A stretch of 64,000 nt of DNA, taken from positions 513,911 through 577,910 of the forward strand of contig CAWFRU010000004.1 of the NCBI GenBank assembly GCA_963818385.1. Direction: 5' to 3'. Below the pieces are notes generated by a model. That model did no database searches and was not told the DNA's origin. It was given only the letters and a program-made list of their open reading frames with translations. The first letter of the stretch is position 1. Every line of letters starts with the position of its first letter. Positions 39,768-50,671 of this stretch are shown here, in pieces. Origin of the DNA: an uncultured Phycisphaerales bacterium (GTDB taxonomy: Bacteria > Planctomycetota > Phycisphaerae > Tepidisphaerales > Tepidisphaeraceae). Position numbers and translations under genes: made by a program.

Positions 39768-41896
39768 ATGATCTACCTTCATAACGTGTTGGATTACGCG
39801 CAGTTGGCGCTTGGGCTGGGGATCGTGATATTCGTTCACGAGCTGGGGCATTTCCTGGCGGCGAAATATTGCGACGTGAAGGTGGAGCAGTTTGCGATTG
39901 GGTTTGGGCCGGCGATCGTGGCGTATCGGAAGGGAATCGGGTTTCGATGGGGGACGACTACGCCGGACTATAACAAGGCGATTCACAAGCATATCGAAGA
40001 GGCGGAAAAGAACGAGTTGCAACTGCATGAGCAAGCGATGCCGACGCTGGATTATGCGGCGACGGTGGCGGCGCGGATCGGGCTGGGGGAGACGGAATAC
40101 CGGTTTAACTGGGTGCCGCTGGGCGGGTATGTGAAGATGCTGGGGCAGGATGACCTTCGGCCGGGGGTGACGGCGGAGGATCCACGGGCGTATAACAAAA
40201 AGTCCGTGGGGGCGCGGATGATCATTGTTTCCGCCGGCGTGGTGATGAACATCATCTTCGCGGCGATCGGGTTCATGATTTTGTTCATGGTGGGATATCC
40301 GGTTCCGCCGGCGATTGTGGGAGGCGTGATCGCGGGGAGTCCGGCGGCGCGGGCGGTGACGGCGGATGGGAACGTGGTGGGGTTGCAGCCTGGGGATGAG
40401 ATTGTTTCGTATCGCGGGAAGCCGATGATGGGGGATTTTCGCGGATACCACTGAATGTTGCGCTGACGTATGCGGGGACGAACGTGGCGCTGGAAGTGAA
40501 GCATCCGAATGGGAAGAGCGAGACTTTGTATACGACGCCGCAGCGGGAGGGGGAGGATGGGAAGGGATTGCTGCAGCTTGGGGTGATTCAGCCGTTTGAG
40601 CTTTCGGGGCCAGAGGTTTTTGCAGAGGATGATACGGACGACGACGCGACGCTGGCGAAGATGGAATTGCCGGATGAGAACGCGCTGAATCCTGGGGATC
40701 GGGTGACGCAGATTGATGGGAAGCCAGTGAATCGGAACCCCCCCGCCGCTGCGATAGCGCAGTTGTATGGGGCGCTGGAGGATTCGAATGGGAAGGCGGT
40801 GGCGCTGACGGTGGAAGGACCGGATGGGAAGATCCGGCATACATCGGTGACGGCGTATTTTGGGTTGCCGTTTACGGAGGCGGATTTGTCGATTTTGGGG
40901 ATGGCGCCTCGGGCGACCGTGATGGGGCTGATCGATACGTCGCCGGCGCTGGGGCGGCTGATTCCCGGGGATGTGATATTGGCGGTGGATGCGGCGTCGG
41001 ATCATTTGTCGCATCCGACGGTGCAGCAGCTTCGGCAGACGATTTTGCGGGCTGGGGATAATGATGTGAAGGTTTCGCTGACGGTGCTGGATCCTGGACA
41101 GACGACGCCGCGGGTGGTGGCGGATTTGCAGCCGTACCGGCTGCCGAAGAGCGGCGGTCGGATGGGGCTGGGAATTGCGCCGCTGGGGACGGATGAGCAG
41201 CATCTGGTGGTGGCGGAGGTCGTTAAAGACGGGCCTGTTGCGGGGAAGATTCCCGCGGGGGCGACGTTGACGGAGATTAATGGGCAGGCGATCAGTAATT
41301 GGTTTGAGTTGCGGAAGATCGTGGCGGGTGGGAAGGCGGGAGAGAAGCTGGCGATTACGTATTTGCCGCCGGACGTTGATGGGAAGGCGGCGGTGGCGAC
41401 GATCGAGCTGGCGCAGAATGATATTGATGACGCGAAGGCGGTGACGCTGACGCAGTATCTGCCGCTGCATGCGATGATGAGCGAGCGGCATACGCATAAT
41501 CCGCTGCTGGCGATGGGATGGGGCGTGGATGAGACGCGGGATTTGATCTTGCAGTTTTACGTAACGCTGCAGCGGATGGTTACCGGTGGCGTGGCGCTTT
41601 CGAATGTGATGGGACCTGTGGGGATGGCGCATGAGGGGGCGCAGGTGGCTAGCCGGGGGTATACGTGGTTGCTTTGGTTTTTGTGTTTGATTTCGGCGAA
41701 TCTGGCAGTGGTTAACTTTTTGCCGATTCCGATTGTGGATGGGGGACTTTTTACGCTGCTGATTCTGGAGAAGATTCAGGGGAAGCCGCTGTCGGCGGAG
41801 ACGCAGAGGATTGTGCAGATGGTGGGGCTGGTTCTTATCCTGGGGGTTTTTCTGCTGGTCACTTATCAGGATATCGCGCGGTGGGCGGGATATTAG
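39768..41896 (+). CDS. rseP: RIP site-2 metalloprotease RseP (M50) with PDZ domains, one frameshift near 40440
   Basis: HELGHFLAA (HExxH) in ORF 39768..40454. After ..KPMMGDF the frame shifts to ..RIPLNVALTYAGTNVALEVKH.. (ORF 40484..41896). The C-terminus has NLAVVNFLPIPIVDGG. It lies downstream of dxr, a common synteny. Confidence 0.88.
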
Positions 41897-41970
41897 GGAA
41901 AACCCGAAATTCGAAACTCGAATGACGAATCAAATTGCTCTGCTGAAATCCTCGCCTTTTGGTATCCGGC

Positions 41971-42009
41971 CCCCACCCTAACCCTCCCCCGGAGTACCAG
42001 GGGAGGGGA
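41971..42009 (+). repeat. hairpin repeat family C, copy C1, nested inside a larger palindrome
   Basis: cccccaccctaaccctcccccggagtaccaggggagggg, with stem ccctcccc/ggggaggg. The outer arms attgctctgctgaaatcctc (about 41931) and gaggatttcagcagagcagaat (about 42029) enclose it. Confidence 0.85.
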
Positions 42010-42090
42010 TAAGAAGGGTTGCTGATAGAGGATTTCAGCAGAGCAGAATCAAATCTGAAATCCGAATGAGTGAATTTAAGCACGGGGAAA

Positions 42091-42112
42091 CCTGCCGACT
42101 AAAGTCGGCAGG
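42091..42112 (+). repeat. hairpin repeat family D, copy D3 (solo REP)
   Basis: cctgccgact-aa-agtcggcagg with the same acc...ccggg flanks as D1 and D2 and one loop substitution. Confidence 0.85.
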
Positions 42113-42138
42113 CCGGGGTGGGATCTTGCTGCGCCTGT

Positions 42139-42807
42139 TCACTGGAAGTGGTAGTTTCCTACGATCCAATCTTTTTGGGGGCCGCCAATGGGGGGGAGGG
42201 TTTTGGAGCGGCGGTATTCCAGTTTGAGATAGTCGGGTTTTTGGGGGATTCCGCCGCAGACGTAGTCGAAGAAGTGGTCCTGGAGCTCGAAGCCTGAGGC
42301 GCGGAAGGATTGGATGAACTTATCGTGGGAGAGGTGGGTGTTGTTGTCGATGAAGGCTTCGTCTTTGTTAACGGAAATGCTGAGGATGATGGGGATTTGT
42401 TTTTTGCCGATGATCTGGCGGAGCTTGGCGGGGACTTGGTATGGGCGTTGCCAGCCGGTGGAATTGTTGGTGTTGCCGTAGCGGGTGTCGTTGAAGCAGT
42501 GGATGGCGGCGTGTGAGATGACGCAGTCGATGTCGAGGGGAGGGAGTTCGAAGAAGTCATTGCGATGTTCGAAGAGTTTGGCGGGGAATCGGTCCGGGGG
42601 GGCGGGCCAGTGGGTTTCGACGAGAGAGCTGTGGTGGACGGTGTGGAAGAGAGCCAAATAGTCGGCGAGGTGGGGCATGAGGCAGGCGATGCTGAAAAGC
42701 TTTTGCTGATTGAGGGGCTTGTTCTGCTGGATGATGGAGAGGGCGAAGAGACTGGTGTTGGCGTGGTAGTTGACGAATTCCATTTTGGGGTCGGTGGAGA
42801 CGAGCAT
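42139..42807 (-). CDS. hypothetical protein
   Basis: 222-aa intact, non-repetitive ORF. DCVISHAAIHCFND is faintly methyltransferase-like, but I cannot find a SAM-binding GxGxG motif. Confidence 0.5.
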   Translation of the reverse strand: MLVSTDPKMEFVNYHANTSLFALSIIQQNKPLNQQKLFSIACLMPHLADYLALFHTVHHSSLVETHWPAPPDRFPAKLFEHRNDFFELPPLDIDCVISHAAIHCFNDTRYGNTNNSTGWQRPYQVPAKLRQIIGKKQIPIILSISVNKDEAFIDNNTHLSHDKFIQSFRASGFELQDHFFDYVCGGIPQKPDYLKLEYRRSKTLPPIGGPQKDWIVGNYHFQ

Positions 42808-42871
42808 ATTTGTTGATTATCGGACGGGGGAGGGGAATGGGAGTAGGAAATCCGAAATCCAGAATGGAATA

Positions 42872-42905
42872 GATTGCCGAATGCCGATTGCCAATTGCCG
42901 AATGG
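42872..42905 (+). repeat. octamer tandem array feeding into hairpin C2
   Basis: gattgccgaatgccgattgccaattgccgaatgg. Confidence 0.85.
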
Positions 42906-42912
42906 AAAGCGA

Positions 42913-42981
42913 CCCCCACCCTAGCCCTCCCCTCTTCGAGCCTGAGCCTCAGAGCCGAAGGCCGGAGTACCAGGGGAGGGG
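42913..42981 (+). repeat. hairpin repeat family C, copy C2, carrying a 29-nt nested insert
   Basis: cccccaccctagccctcccc [tcttcgagcctgagcctcagagccgaagg] ccggagtaccaggggaggg. The insert splits the two stem halves. Confidence 0.8.
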
Positions 42982-44072
42982 AAAAGAGGAGAGGTGGCGA
43001 CTGGCAGTTTCTGGAGGAGAAGCTTTTGGCGGTCGGTCCACCAGCGGGGGCGGTTTTCGTTTAGATCGGTAATGCCTAGTTCGCGGTGAATCGCGGCGTG
43101 GAGGGCTTCGATTCCCTGGGCGGTTTTGGCGGAGATGGGGATAGGGTTTAGAGATTGGAAATCCCAGGCTGAGGGTTGATCGATCTTGTTGATGATGGTG
43201 ATTTTTTGGGGGGATGCGGGAAAAGTGAGCGGGGTCTGGGGCGGATGGGTGGCGTCGAGGAGGATGAGGAGGAGGTCGGATTGGGCGATTTTTTTTTGGC
43301 TGGAGGCGATGGCGGCGCGTTCTAGGGGGTCGGGGGTTTGACGGTGGCCGGGGGTGTCGATGATGGTGGCGGGAAGGCCGGCGATGTCGGCGAGTTCGGC
43401 GACGTAGTCGCGGGTGGTGCCGGGGATGTCGGCGGTGATGGAGCGCGGGGCGGCGAAGAGGAGATTGGCGAGGGTGGATTTTCCGACGTTGGGCTCGCCT
43501 ACGATGGCGATTTGTGGGGGATGTAATAGGCGCCAGAGGGTTTGGTCCTGGAGGATTAGGGTGGGGTCCAGCGATTTATTTTTGAGGGCTTCGTGCCAGA
43601 GGGTGGGCTGGTTGAGGAGCAATCTCAGGGATTGGCGGGTCAACGCTTGCGGAAGATGGGTGAGCATCTCGCGTTGGAAATCGTCGGAGGCTTCGGCAAA
43701 GGATTCGTGGGGAAGGGGCCCCCCACCCTCACCCTCCCCCGGAGTACCAGGGGAGGGGAAAGAGGGGATATGAGTGAAGCCTTCGCGTTGGCAGAGGGCG
43801 AGGGCGGAGGCGAGGATCCAGGGGCCGCCGTGGAGGGAGATGTCGGCCCATTGGGAATCTTGGGAGAGGAGGAGGATGGGATCGTCAATGATTTCGGATT
43901 GGTCGCGGAGTTGGGCGTGGAGGCATTTTCCGGGAATGGGGGATTTGGAGAAATGGACGGCGAGGAATTGAGGGACGAGGGGGCCGTGGATGCGGATGAC
44001 GGCGATGGCGGATCCCTGGGAGCTGGGGTTGGCGGTTAGGGCGATGACGGAGTTCTTGCTGCTTGTCGCCAT
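42921..44072 (-). CDS. MnmE/TrmE-like GTPase lacking the canonical C-terminus, with an in-frame repeat insertion
   Basis: TrmE-type N-terminus (GSAIAVIRIHGP) and a G domain (IAIVGEPNVGKSTLAN, DIPGTTRD, DTPG, NKID). There is no C-terminal CIGK. The 3' end runs into repeat C2. Confidence 0.65.
   Translation of the reverse strand: MATSSKNSVIALTANPSSQGSAIAVIRIHGPLVPQFLAVHFSKSPIPGKCLHAQLRDQSEIIDDPILLLSQDSQWADISLHGGPWILASALALCQREGFTHIPSFPSPGTPGEGEGGGPLPHESFAEASDDFQREMLTHLPQALTRQSLRLLLNQPTLWHEALKNKSLDPTLILQDQTLWRLLHPPQIAIVGEPNVGKSTLANLLFAAPRSITADIPGTTRDYVAELADIAGLPATIIDTPGHRQTPDPLERAAIASSQKKIAQSDLLLILLDATHPPQTPLTFPASPQKITIINKIDQPSAWDFQSLNPIPISAKTAQGIEALHAAIHRELGITDLNENRPRWWTDRQKLLLQKLPVATSPLFPSPGTPAFGSEAQARRGEG
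43720..43758 (+). repeat. hairpin repeat family C, copy C3, inside the MnmE-like coding region
   Basis: A 39-nt full-length copy (13 codons) is read in frame as ..PSPGTPGEGEGGG.. at about residues 105-118 of the ORF. Confidence 0.85.
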
Positions 44073-44166
44073 TGGGGAAGAGATTAACCGCGAAGGCGCG
44101 AAGAGCGCGAAGGAAAAAAATCAGAAAATGATGCGCAATCGCATATGGATTAGAAAATGCGGAGGA

Positions 44167-44206
44167 CCCCCACCCTAGCCCTCCCCCGGAGTACCAGGGG
44201 AGAGGG
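44167..44206 (+). repeat. hairpin repeat family C, copy C4
   Basis: cccccaccctagccctcccccggagtaccaggggagaggg. Confidence 0.85.
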
Positions 44207-44307
44207 AGAAAGGGGAGAAAGCGGGAAATTGGCTTATGAAGGGGGAAGGCCGTTAGAATTTATTGCTGGCGGGCGGGTAACGAAGGCGCGTTTGACTGAG
44301 GGATATC

Positions 44308-47300
44308 ATGAAGAGCAATTCCTGGAATCGCTGGGGCGGGGCGAAGACTTGGGTTTTGATTGGGCTGATCGTGCTGGCGGCGGTGTTGGTGCCGGCGGGG
44401 TTGTATTGGGTGGGGACGCTGTCGTTTACGAATGGGAGTTCGGGGGCGAATTTGAGTACGCCGGATACGGGAATTGTCGCGAATTCTGCGCCGGCGGCAG
44501 TGGCGGGTGGTGGCGGTGGGCCGGCGGCTGGGGCGAGGGCGGCTACGCCGGTGGTGAATACACCTATTGCGGCGGGGAGCAAGACGATGGATTTGGTGGT
44601 GGTGGACCGGAAGACGAAGGAGCCGGTGGCGGGGTTGAGGGTGAGCGTGAATCGGCCACGGTTTAATGGGACGACGGGGGCGGATGGGCATGTGACGGTG
44701 CCGGTGCCGGATGCGGAGAATCCGAATTTTAGTTTGCGGGTGAGCGGGAAGGGGTATGTGGCGCAGCGGCTGATGTGGGCGCCGTACAATCAATCGTATC
44801 GGGGTCCGATTCCGGCAAGTATGACGCTGGGGATGGGGAAGGCTACGAAAATTTCGGGGAAGGTGGTGGACGATTCGGGGCAGGCGGTGGAGGGGGCGAA
44901 CGTGGCGCTGGATTTTACGGAGGATTTGTCGAACCCACGCGCGGAGGTGGATTACAACTGGAGCAATCCGACGCACGCGATCAAGACGGATGCGGAAGGG
45001 AAGTGGAGTTACAACGGGGCGCCGGTGGATTGCGAGCAGATTGGGATCGTGGCATGGAATCTGAATTATGTGACGGGGACTTTTTATTATCCGCAGCCGT
45101 ATTCGCCGGTGTCGGCGTTTTATGATGGGACGGCGGTTTATACGCTGCACCGGGGGGTGGCGGTGACGGTGAAAGTGCTGGGGCCGGACGGTACTCCCGT
45201 CACGGGAGCGACGGTTTCGCTGGGGCAAAACCGATTCAGCTCGAACAGCATTCCGGTGCAGAAGACGGATGGTTCGGGGCAGGTCGTGCATCACTTTAAT
45301 GCGGGAGAATCGGCGTCAGTGGTGGCGGAGTCGCCGGGATTTGCGCCGACGATGAAGCAGTTTGGGGTAGGGCAGGCGGATCAGAGCGTGACGATCCAGT
45401 TGAGTAAGGGGCAGACGATTACAGGGAGGGTTTTGGATGGGAATGGGCAGCCGGTGCGGGGGGCGTTTATCAATATCGACAACTGGAATGGGATAAATGG
45501 GGCGCTGACGCCGAGAATTCAGACGGATGGGGACGGGAATTTTAAGTGGGCGGGAGCTCCGGATGGGCCGGTGCAGGTAAGCGTGGATGCGCGGGCTGCG
45601 CGGGGTGCAAAACCAGACGATTTCGGCCGGGCAGGCGAATGTGATCCGGCTGGGGAAGACGTCGCGGATCAGCGGGACCGTGGTGGATGCGGGGACGGGG
45701 GAGCCGATCGAGAAGTTTACGCTGACGATGGGGATTATGTTTCAAGGGAATGACCAAGTGAATTGGCAGCCGGGGTGGGATTTTGCGCAGAATGCGGTGG
45801 AGCCCGGGGGGAGGTTTTCGTTTGAGAACACGTGGCCGTACCAGGGGATCGCGGTGAAAGTGGAGGCGAAGGGGTATAAGCCGGCGGAGTCGCGGGTGGT
45901 GATGTCGAGCGAAGGGGATGCGACGCTGGCGCTGAAGATGGAGGTGGGGAAGGATTTGATTTTTACGGTGGAGACGGCGGATGGGAAGCCGGTGGCGAAT
46001 GCGAAGGTGGGGATCGCGATGCCGGGGGAGCAATTGTTTGTGCAGGACGCGAGGCAGTTTGGGAATGGGATGAGTGCGGCGACGGAGAGCGGAGCGGATG
46101 GGAAAGTGGATTTGCCGCCGGAGGAGGAGGGGAAATTCAAAGTGGCGGTGATCGCGGATGAGGGGTATGGGGAAGCGGACGGGGATGCGATCGCGAAGAC
46201 GGGGGTGGTGACGGTGTCGGCGTGGGGGAAGATTGAGGGGAAGATGATGATTGGTTCGAAGCCGGCGGCGAACCAGCAAGTGAGCATTTCGTCGATGGAT
46301 GAGAATCAGGGTCCGTACGATCCGCAGGAGCCGCGGGTGTATATGGGGATCAATGCGCAGACGGATGCGGCGGGGAATTTTTCGGCGGATCGTGTGCCGG
46401 CGGGGCATTGGAGTTTGGGGAGAACGATTCCGCTGAGCGCAAACTCTTCAACGACGGCGACGCTGGGGATGACGGAGGTGAAGGCGGGGGAGACGGTGAC
46501 GGTGAGCTTGGGGGGAACGGGAAGGCCGGTGGTGGGGAAGGTGATTTTGCCGGGGTATTTTCAGACGCATTCGGATTGGCAGTATGGGTTTTGCCAGGTG
46601 AATACGTGGAACAGCGGGATGAATATGATGCCACCGATGCCGCTGATCGTGCGGATGCTTTCGGAGGAGAGGCAGCGGGAGTGGATGCGGAACTGGACGA
46701 AGAGCGACGAGGGGAAGGCGTGGCAGGAGAAGCGGATGAAGGCGATGGCGAATAACCGGAACATTCCGTTCACGATTGCCAGCGACGGGTCGTTCCGGAT
46801 CGACGACGTGCCGGCGGGGACGTATCAGTTGATGATCAATATTCAGCAGGTAAGCGGACAGAATTTTGGAGGGATGGCGATCGGGACGGGAGCGATGCAG
46901 TTTACGGTTGCGGATATGCCTGGTGGGCGGAGCGATCAGCCGCTGCTGATTCAGCCGGTGGAGGTGGAGAAGATCGGGCATTATGACGTGGGGGATGAGG
47001 TGGCGGATTTAGACCTGATGACGACGGATGGGAAGAGCATGAAGATGTCGGATTTGAAGGGGAAGTATGTGTTGCTGACGTATGGGCCGGCGGGGTTTGG
47101 GAACATGCTTGAGCAGCCGATGAAGGAGGTTTATGGGCAGTATGGGCATGATGATCGGCTGGTGATGCTGGAGATTACGCCGGAGTTCATGCAGAAAGGG
47201 GAGACGCCGGCGAGGATGGGGAATGATCCGTGGACGCAGGCGGCGGTGGTGGCGAATAATTATGCGTTTCAGATTTTGAATACGAATTTTGGGACGGGAC

Positions 47301-47431
47301 ATGCGTGGCTGATTGGACGGGATGGGAAAGTGGTGGGGAAGGATTTGACGGGGGAGGGGATTTTTACGGCGGTGAAGGGGGTGTTGGGGGAGGCGGAGGT
47401 GCCGGCTACGGGGCCGAGTACGATGCCTTAG
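44308..47431 (+). CDS. large membrane-anchored protein with repeated carboxypeptidase-regulatory-like (Ig/prealbumin) domains and a C-terminal thioredoxin-like domain, one frameshift near 45590
   Basis: ORFs 44308..45753 and 45587..47431 join at ..GPVQVSVDA / RG..VQNQTISAG... There is an N-terminal TM helix and at least 6 modules of the type ISGKVVDDSGQAVEGANVAL. The C-terminus ..DLKGKYVLLTYGP... has a redoxin-like fold without a CxxC. Confidence 0.7.
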
Positions 47432-47537
47432 GAAAAATTGAGAATTTGAAATTTGAGATTTGGGGAGAGCGCCGCAGAAGTGCGGCGGCTACATGGGGAG
47501 GGTTCTGGCATTTGGCGCGAGATTGATTTTTTGCTTG

Positions 47538-47577
47538 CCCTCACCCCTCCCCTCTCCCGGAGTACCGGGCGAGGGGG
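47538..47577 (+). repeat. hairpin repeat family C variant, copy C5
   Basis: ccctcacccctcccctctcccggagtaccgggcgaggggg. The same variant occurs at 52410. Confidence 0.8.
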
Positions 47578-47813
47578 AAAGAGAAGAAATTGGAGATCAA
47601 GCTGGGCCCGACTCGGCGGTGACAAATTAAGCGCCGGAACGCGCAGCGCATTTCTGCGATTATTTTCTTGGCGTCAAACTCGGCGTATTGACCCCGGTCT
47701 AATTCGTCAATTCCGCGCTGAAGCTCGCGGCGAAGATAGGCTTCGTGCTCGGAGGTGAATTCCTTTTCAGGGCCAAATTCATCGGTCTCGGGATTGGCAG
47801 ATTCAGGGCTCAT
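47541..47813 (-). CDS. small hypothetical protein with ParD-like C-terminal segment
   Basis: EAYLRRELQRGIDELDRGQYAEFDAKKIIAEMR resembles the C-terminal half of ParD-type antitoxins, but there is no RHH N-terminus and no toxin partner. The 3' end reads into repeat C5. Confidence 0.3.
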   Translation of the reverse strand: MSPESANPETDEFGPEKEFTSEHEAYLRRELQRGIDELDRGQYAEFDAKKIIAEMRCAFRRLICHRRVGPSLISNFFSFPLARYSGRGEG

Positions 47814-47826
47814 TGGAATAACCGTA

Positions 47827-49038
47827 TCAGACGGAGGCGGGTTCGGGGAGCGCTTCCCTTCGGGGGGCAGTTGGACGGGGAGAGGGGGTGAGAATCCATT
47901 TGCGGATTGTGTTGGTTTGGGATTCCCAGTGGGACGTGGTGCGATTCTTCAGGAATGTGGCGAAGAGATGGTCGATGGCGCGCCAGAGGTCTCTTAAGAG
48001 CATGATGCGCTCTTCGAAGAGGACGCGCGGGGTTTCGGCGTCTTCTACTTCGGGGAGACGGGCGGAGGAAATTGAGAGGGGTTCGGCGCTGAGGGTTAGG
48101 GAGAATTGCTGGCCGGTGTCGAGGATGAGGCCTAGTTTTCTGGGGACTTTGGCGGAGCGGAGGGCGTCGAGGGCTTCGGGCATTTGGGCGGGGCCGGCGG
48201 CGCGGAGGGTGTCGCGGCCAGTCTGGCCGTAGGCGCAATCTAGGTCGAGAAGCTTGTCGATAAACAGGGTGATTTCGGCCGGGTCGGTTTTGATTACGCC
48301 CTGGTTGCGGTCGGCTTCGTGCCAGAGCCAGAGGAGGAATTCGTTGCCGAGGAAGTCTTTGGGCTGGGGGCCTTTGGCGGCCCAGGGGTAGTCGGGGTAA
48401 TGGGAATCACCGCCGTCGGTAAGGACGAAACGCGTGGGGCGGAGGTCTTCGTAGTCGCGGCGGTGGGCTTGCGATTTCAGAAGATTCAGGGCCAGGGAGC
48501 CGGCGCAGAGGGGCTGGAGCTCGAGGCCGAAGGTGCGTTCGAAGAGTTCCATCAATTTCTCCGCGGCGGAGCTTGTGGCGGAGGTGTAGAGGGTGCTGGT
48601 AGGGAAATCCCAGAGGATGGGGGTGAGCTTGCTGCGGCGGTATTTGCCGGTGCGAAGCTCGTCGTCGATTTTTTGCGTTAGAGTTTCGCGGACGGTCTTT
48701 TTTTGTTTGTTGCTGATGAAACCGGAGGGATTCTGGGCGGCGAGGGCGTCTTCCTCCATGATTTTAAAGGCGGCGCGAATTTCGGCGGGGACGCGGTTGG
48801 TGTCGACGCGGAGAGCGAAAGAGAGGGCGTCGTTGAAGACGTTGTGCTCGAAGGAAAACTGGGTGTCGAAGACGTGGCGGCCGGCGGTCCAGCCGTAGTC
48901 GATTTCGACGCTTCCGGAGTCCTGGGGGTTGATTTTGTGCTTTTCCAGGGCGTCGAGATGGGACTGGTCGATGGACTTTGGTTGGGAGCCGAGGACGGAG
49001 AAACGACGCATGGAGACGGTGCCTGAAGAAAATGACAT
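47827..49038 (-). CDS. rdgC: recombination-associated protein RdgC-like
   Basis: Starts at MSFSSGTVSMRRFSV (ATG 49038). ..IDYGWTAG.., NKQKKTVRETLTQKIDDEL and LFERTFGLEL follow the RdgC family layout as I recall it. Intact. Confidence 0.5.
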   Translation of the reverse strand: MSFSSGTVSMRRFSVLGSQPKSIDQSHLDALEKHKINPQDSGSVEIDYGWTAGRHVFDTQFSFEHNVFNDALSFALRVDTNRVPAEIRAAFKIMEEDALAAQNPSGFISNKQKKTVRETLTQKIDDELRTGKYRRSKLTPILWDFPTSTLYTSATSSAAEKLMELFERTFGLELQPLCAGSLALNLLKSQAHRRDYEDLRPTRFVLTDGGDSHYPDYPWAAKGPQPKDFLGNEFLLWLWHEADRNQGVIKTDPAEITLFIDKLLDLDCAYGQTGRDTLRAAGPAQMPEALDALRSAKVPRKLGLILDTGQQFSLTLSAEPLSISSARLPEVEDAETPRVLFEERIMLLRDLWRAIDHLFATFLKNRTTSHWESQTNTIRKWILTPSPRPTAPRREALPEPASV

Positions 49039-49083
49039 AGGGGGGAGAATGTAGCGGAAGAGAGGAAATCTTTTGCAGGAGGG

Positions 49084-50536
49084 TTGCGGCATCGACAGGC
49101 TTCGCGCATGTTATCCACAACTTTTTCAATGAATCGAATATTGATTCGAAATATTGCCTGGCTGGTGTGTCTGATAATCGCGGGCTGCGAGGTTGAGCCC
49201 TATCCGGGCGCAACGCCGCGGCGGGTGACGGACGTGACGGGGAAGATTTCACCGGCGGTGGTGCGGGTGGATATCGCGCAGGCGGAATATAAGGATGGGA
49301 AGCAGAGTCTGGTGCGGGGGAATGGGTCGGGGGTGATCATCGACGAGCAGGGGCGGATCTTGACGAATTATCACGTCGCGGGGCGGGCGATTGAGATTTA
49401 TGTGACGCTGGCGGACAAAGAGCGGGTGCCGGCGCATTTGATCGGGGACGATCACTGGACGGATTTGGCGATTATTCAGATGGATATGAACGCGGTTCGC
49501 AAAGGCAAGTTTGCGTTTGAGCCGGCGAAGCTGGGGGCGAGCGGAAAGCTGGTCGTGGGGCAGGATGTGATGGCGTTTGGGACGCCCTTCGGGCTGGCGC
49601 GGACGGCGACGCGCGGGAGCGTTTCGAATACGGACCGGACGTTTTATGACGTTTCGCCGCACATGGATATTGATGGGTATGAGACGGGGGATTTTTCGAA
49701 CTGGATCCAGATGGATGTGCCCATCAATCCGGGGAACAGCGGTGGGCCGCTGGTGGATATGAATGGGGACGTGGTGGGGATCAACACGCGCGGGGGCGGG
49801 CAGAATTTGAATTTCGCGATACCGATCGACACGGCCAAGCCGGTGATCTGGGCGATATTGCAGTCGGCGGCGCCGGGAAAAGTGGGGACAGTTGAGAGAA
49901 GCGATTTGGGGTTTGAGTTGATGCCGATGCACGAGCTGGAGACGTTTTACGACATCGATATCAATAAAGGCGTGCTGATCAACAGCGTGGACCGGGTTGG
50001 GCCGTATAAGGATGCGGGAGGGAAGGCGCAGGATATTTTATTGGCGGTGAATGGAGTGCCCACGAATGTGCGGTTTCCGGAAGAGCTGGCGGCGGTGAGG
50101 CAGCGGATTGCGTCGCTGCCGATTGGGGGCGATGTGCAGCTTCTCATTAAGCGCGGGAAGGAGACGATGACGCTGACGGCGAAGACGACGCGACTGGAGG
50201 GATATCTGGGGGTAGAGAAGGGATTTGCGAAATGGGGTGGGTCGGTGCGGGGTAACGAGGCCTTATGCGGTGGCGAACCAGCTTGATGACGTGGCGGGGG
50301 TTTGGATAACGAGCATGTCGGATGGGGAGCCAATGGAACGGGCGCATTTGCAGGCGGGGGATGTGATTTTGTCGGTGGATGGGAAGCCGGTGACGGATAT
50401 GGATGGGTTTGAGAAGTTGTATGACCAGACGAAGTCGGAAGACGAGGTTGCGCTTGAAGTGCAGCGGGATCGGGCGGTGTTTACGGCGATATTGAAGGTG
50501 AAGGAATATGCGCCGGGGGATGATTCGAGTGAATAG
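49084..50536 (+). CDS. HtrA/DegP-family serine protease lipoprotein with two PDZ domains, one frameshift near 50250
   Basis: Lipobox LIIAGC. The catalytic triad contexts are LTNYHVAG (His), WTDLAIIQ (Asp) and NPGNSGGPLVD (Ser). The second PDZ (GDVILSVDGKPV) continues in ORF 50225..50536. Confidence 0.85.
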
Positions 50537-50585
50537 GGCGCTGCGAGAGAGGTGAGCAGTAGAGAGTAGAGCAGTAGAAAAAAGA

Positions 50586-50625
50586 CCCCCACCCTAACCC
50601 TCCCCCGGAGTACCAGGAGAGGGGA
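50586..50625 (+). repeat. hairpin repeat family C, copy C6
   Basis: cccccaccctaaccctcccccggagtaccaggagagggga. Confidence 0.85.
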
Positions 50626-50671
50626 TAAGAGGGGAAAGAGGGGAAAAGCGAAAGAGACGAATAGGAGAATC

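Noticed and set aside
47541-47813. A ParD-like small ORF as part of a toxin-antitoxin system.
   Set aside because: Only a partial resemblance to the ParD C-terminal half is present. There is no ribbon-helix-helix N-terminus and no adjacent toxin ORF on either side. The 3' end is repeat-derived.
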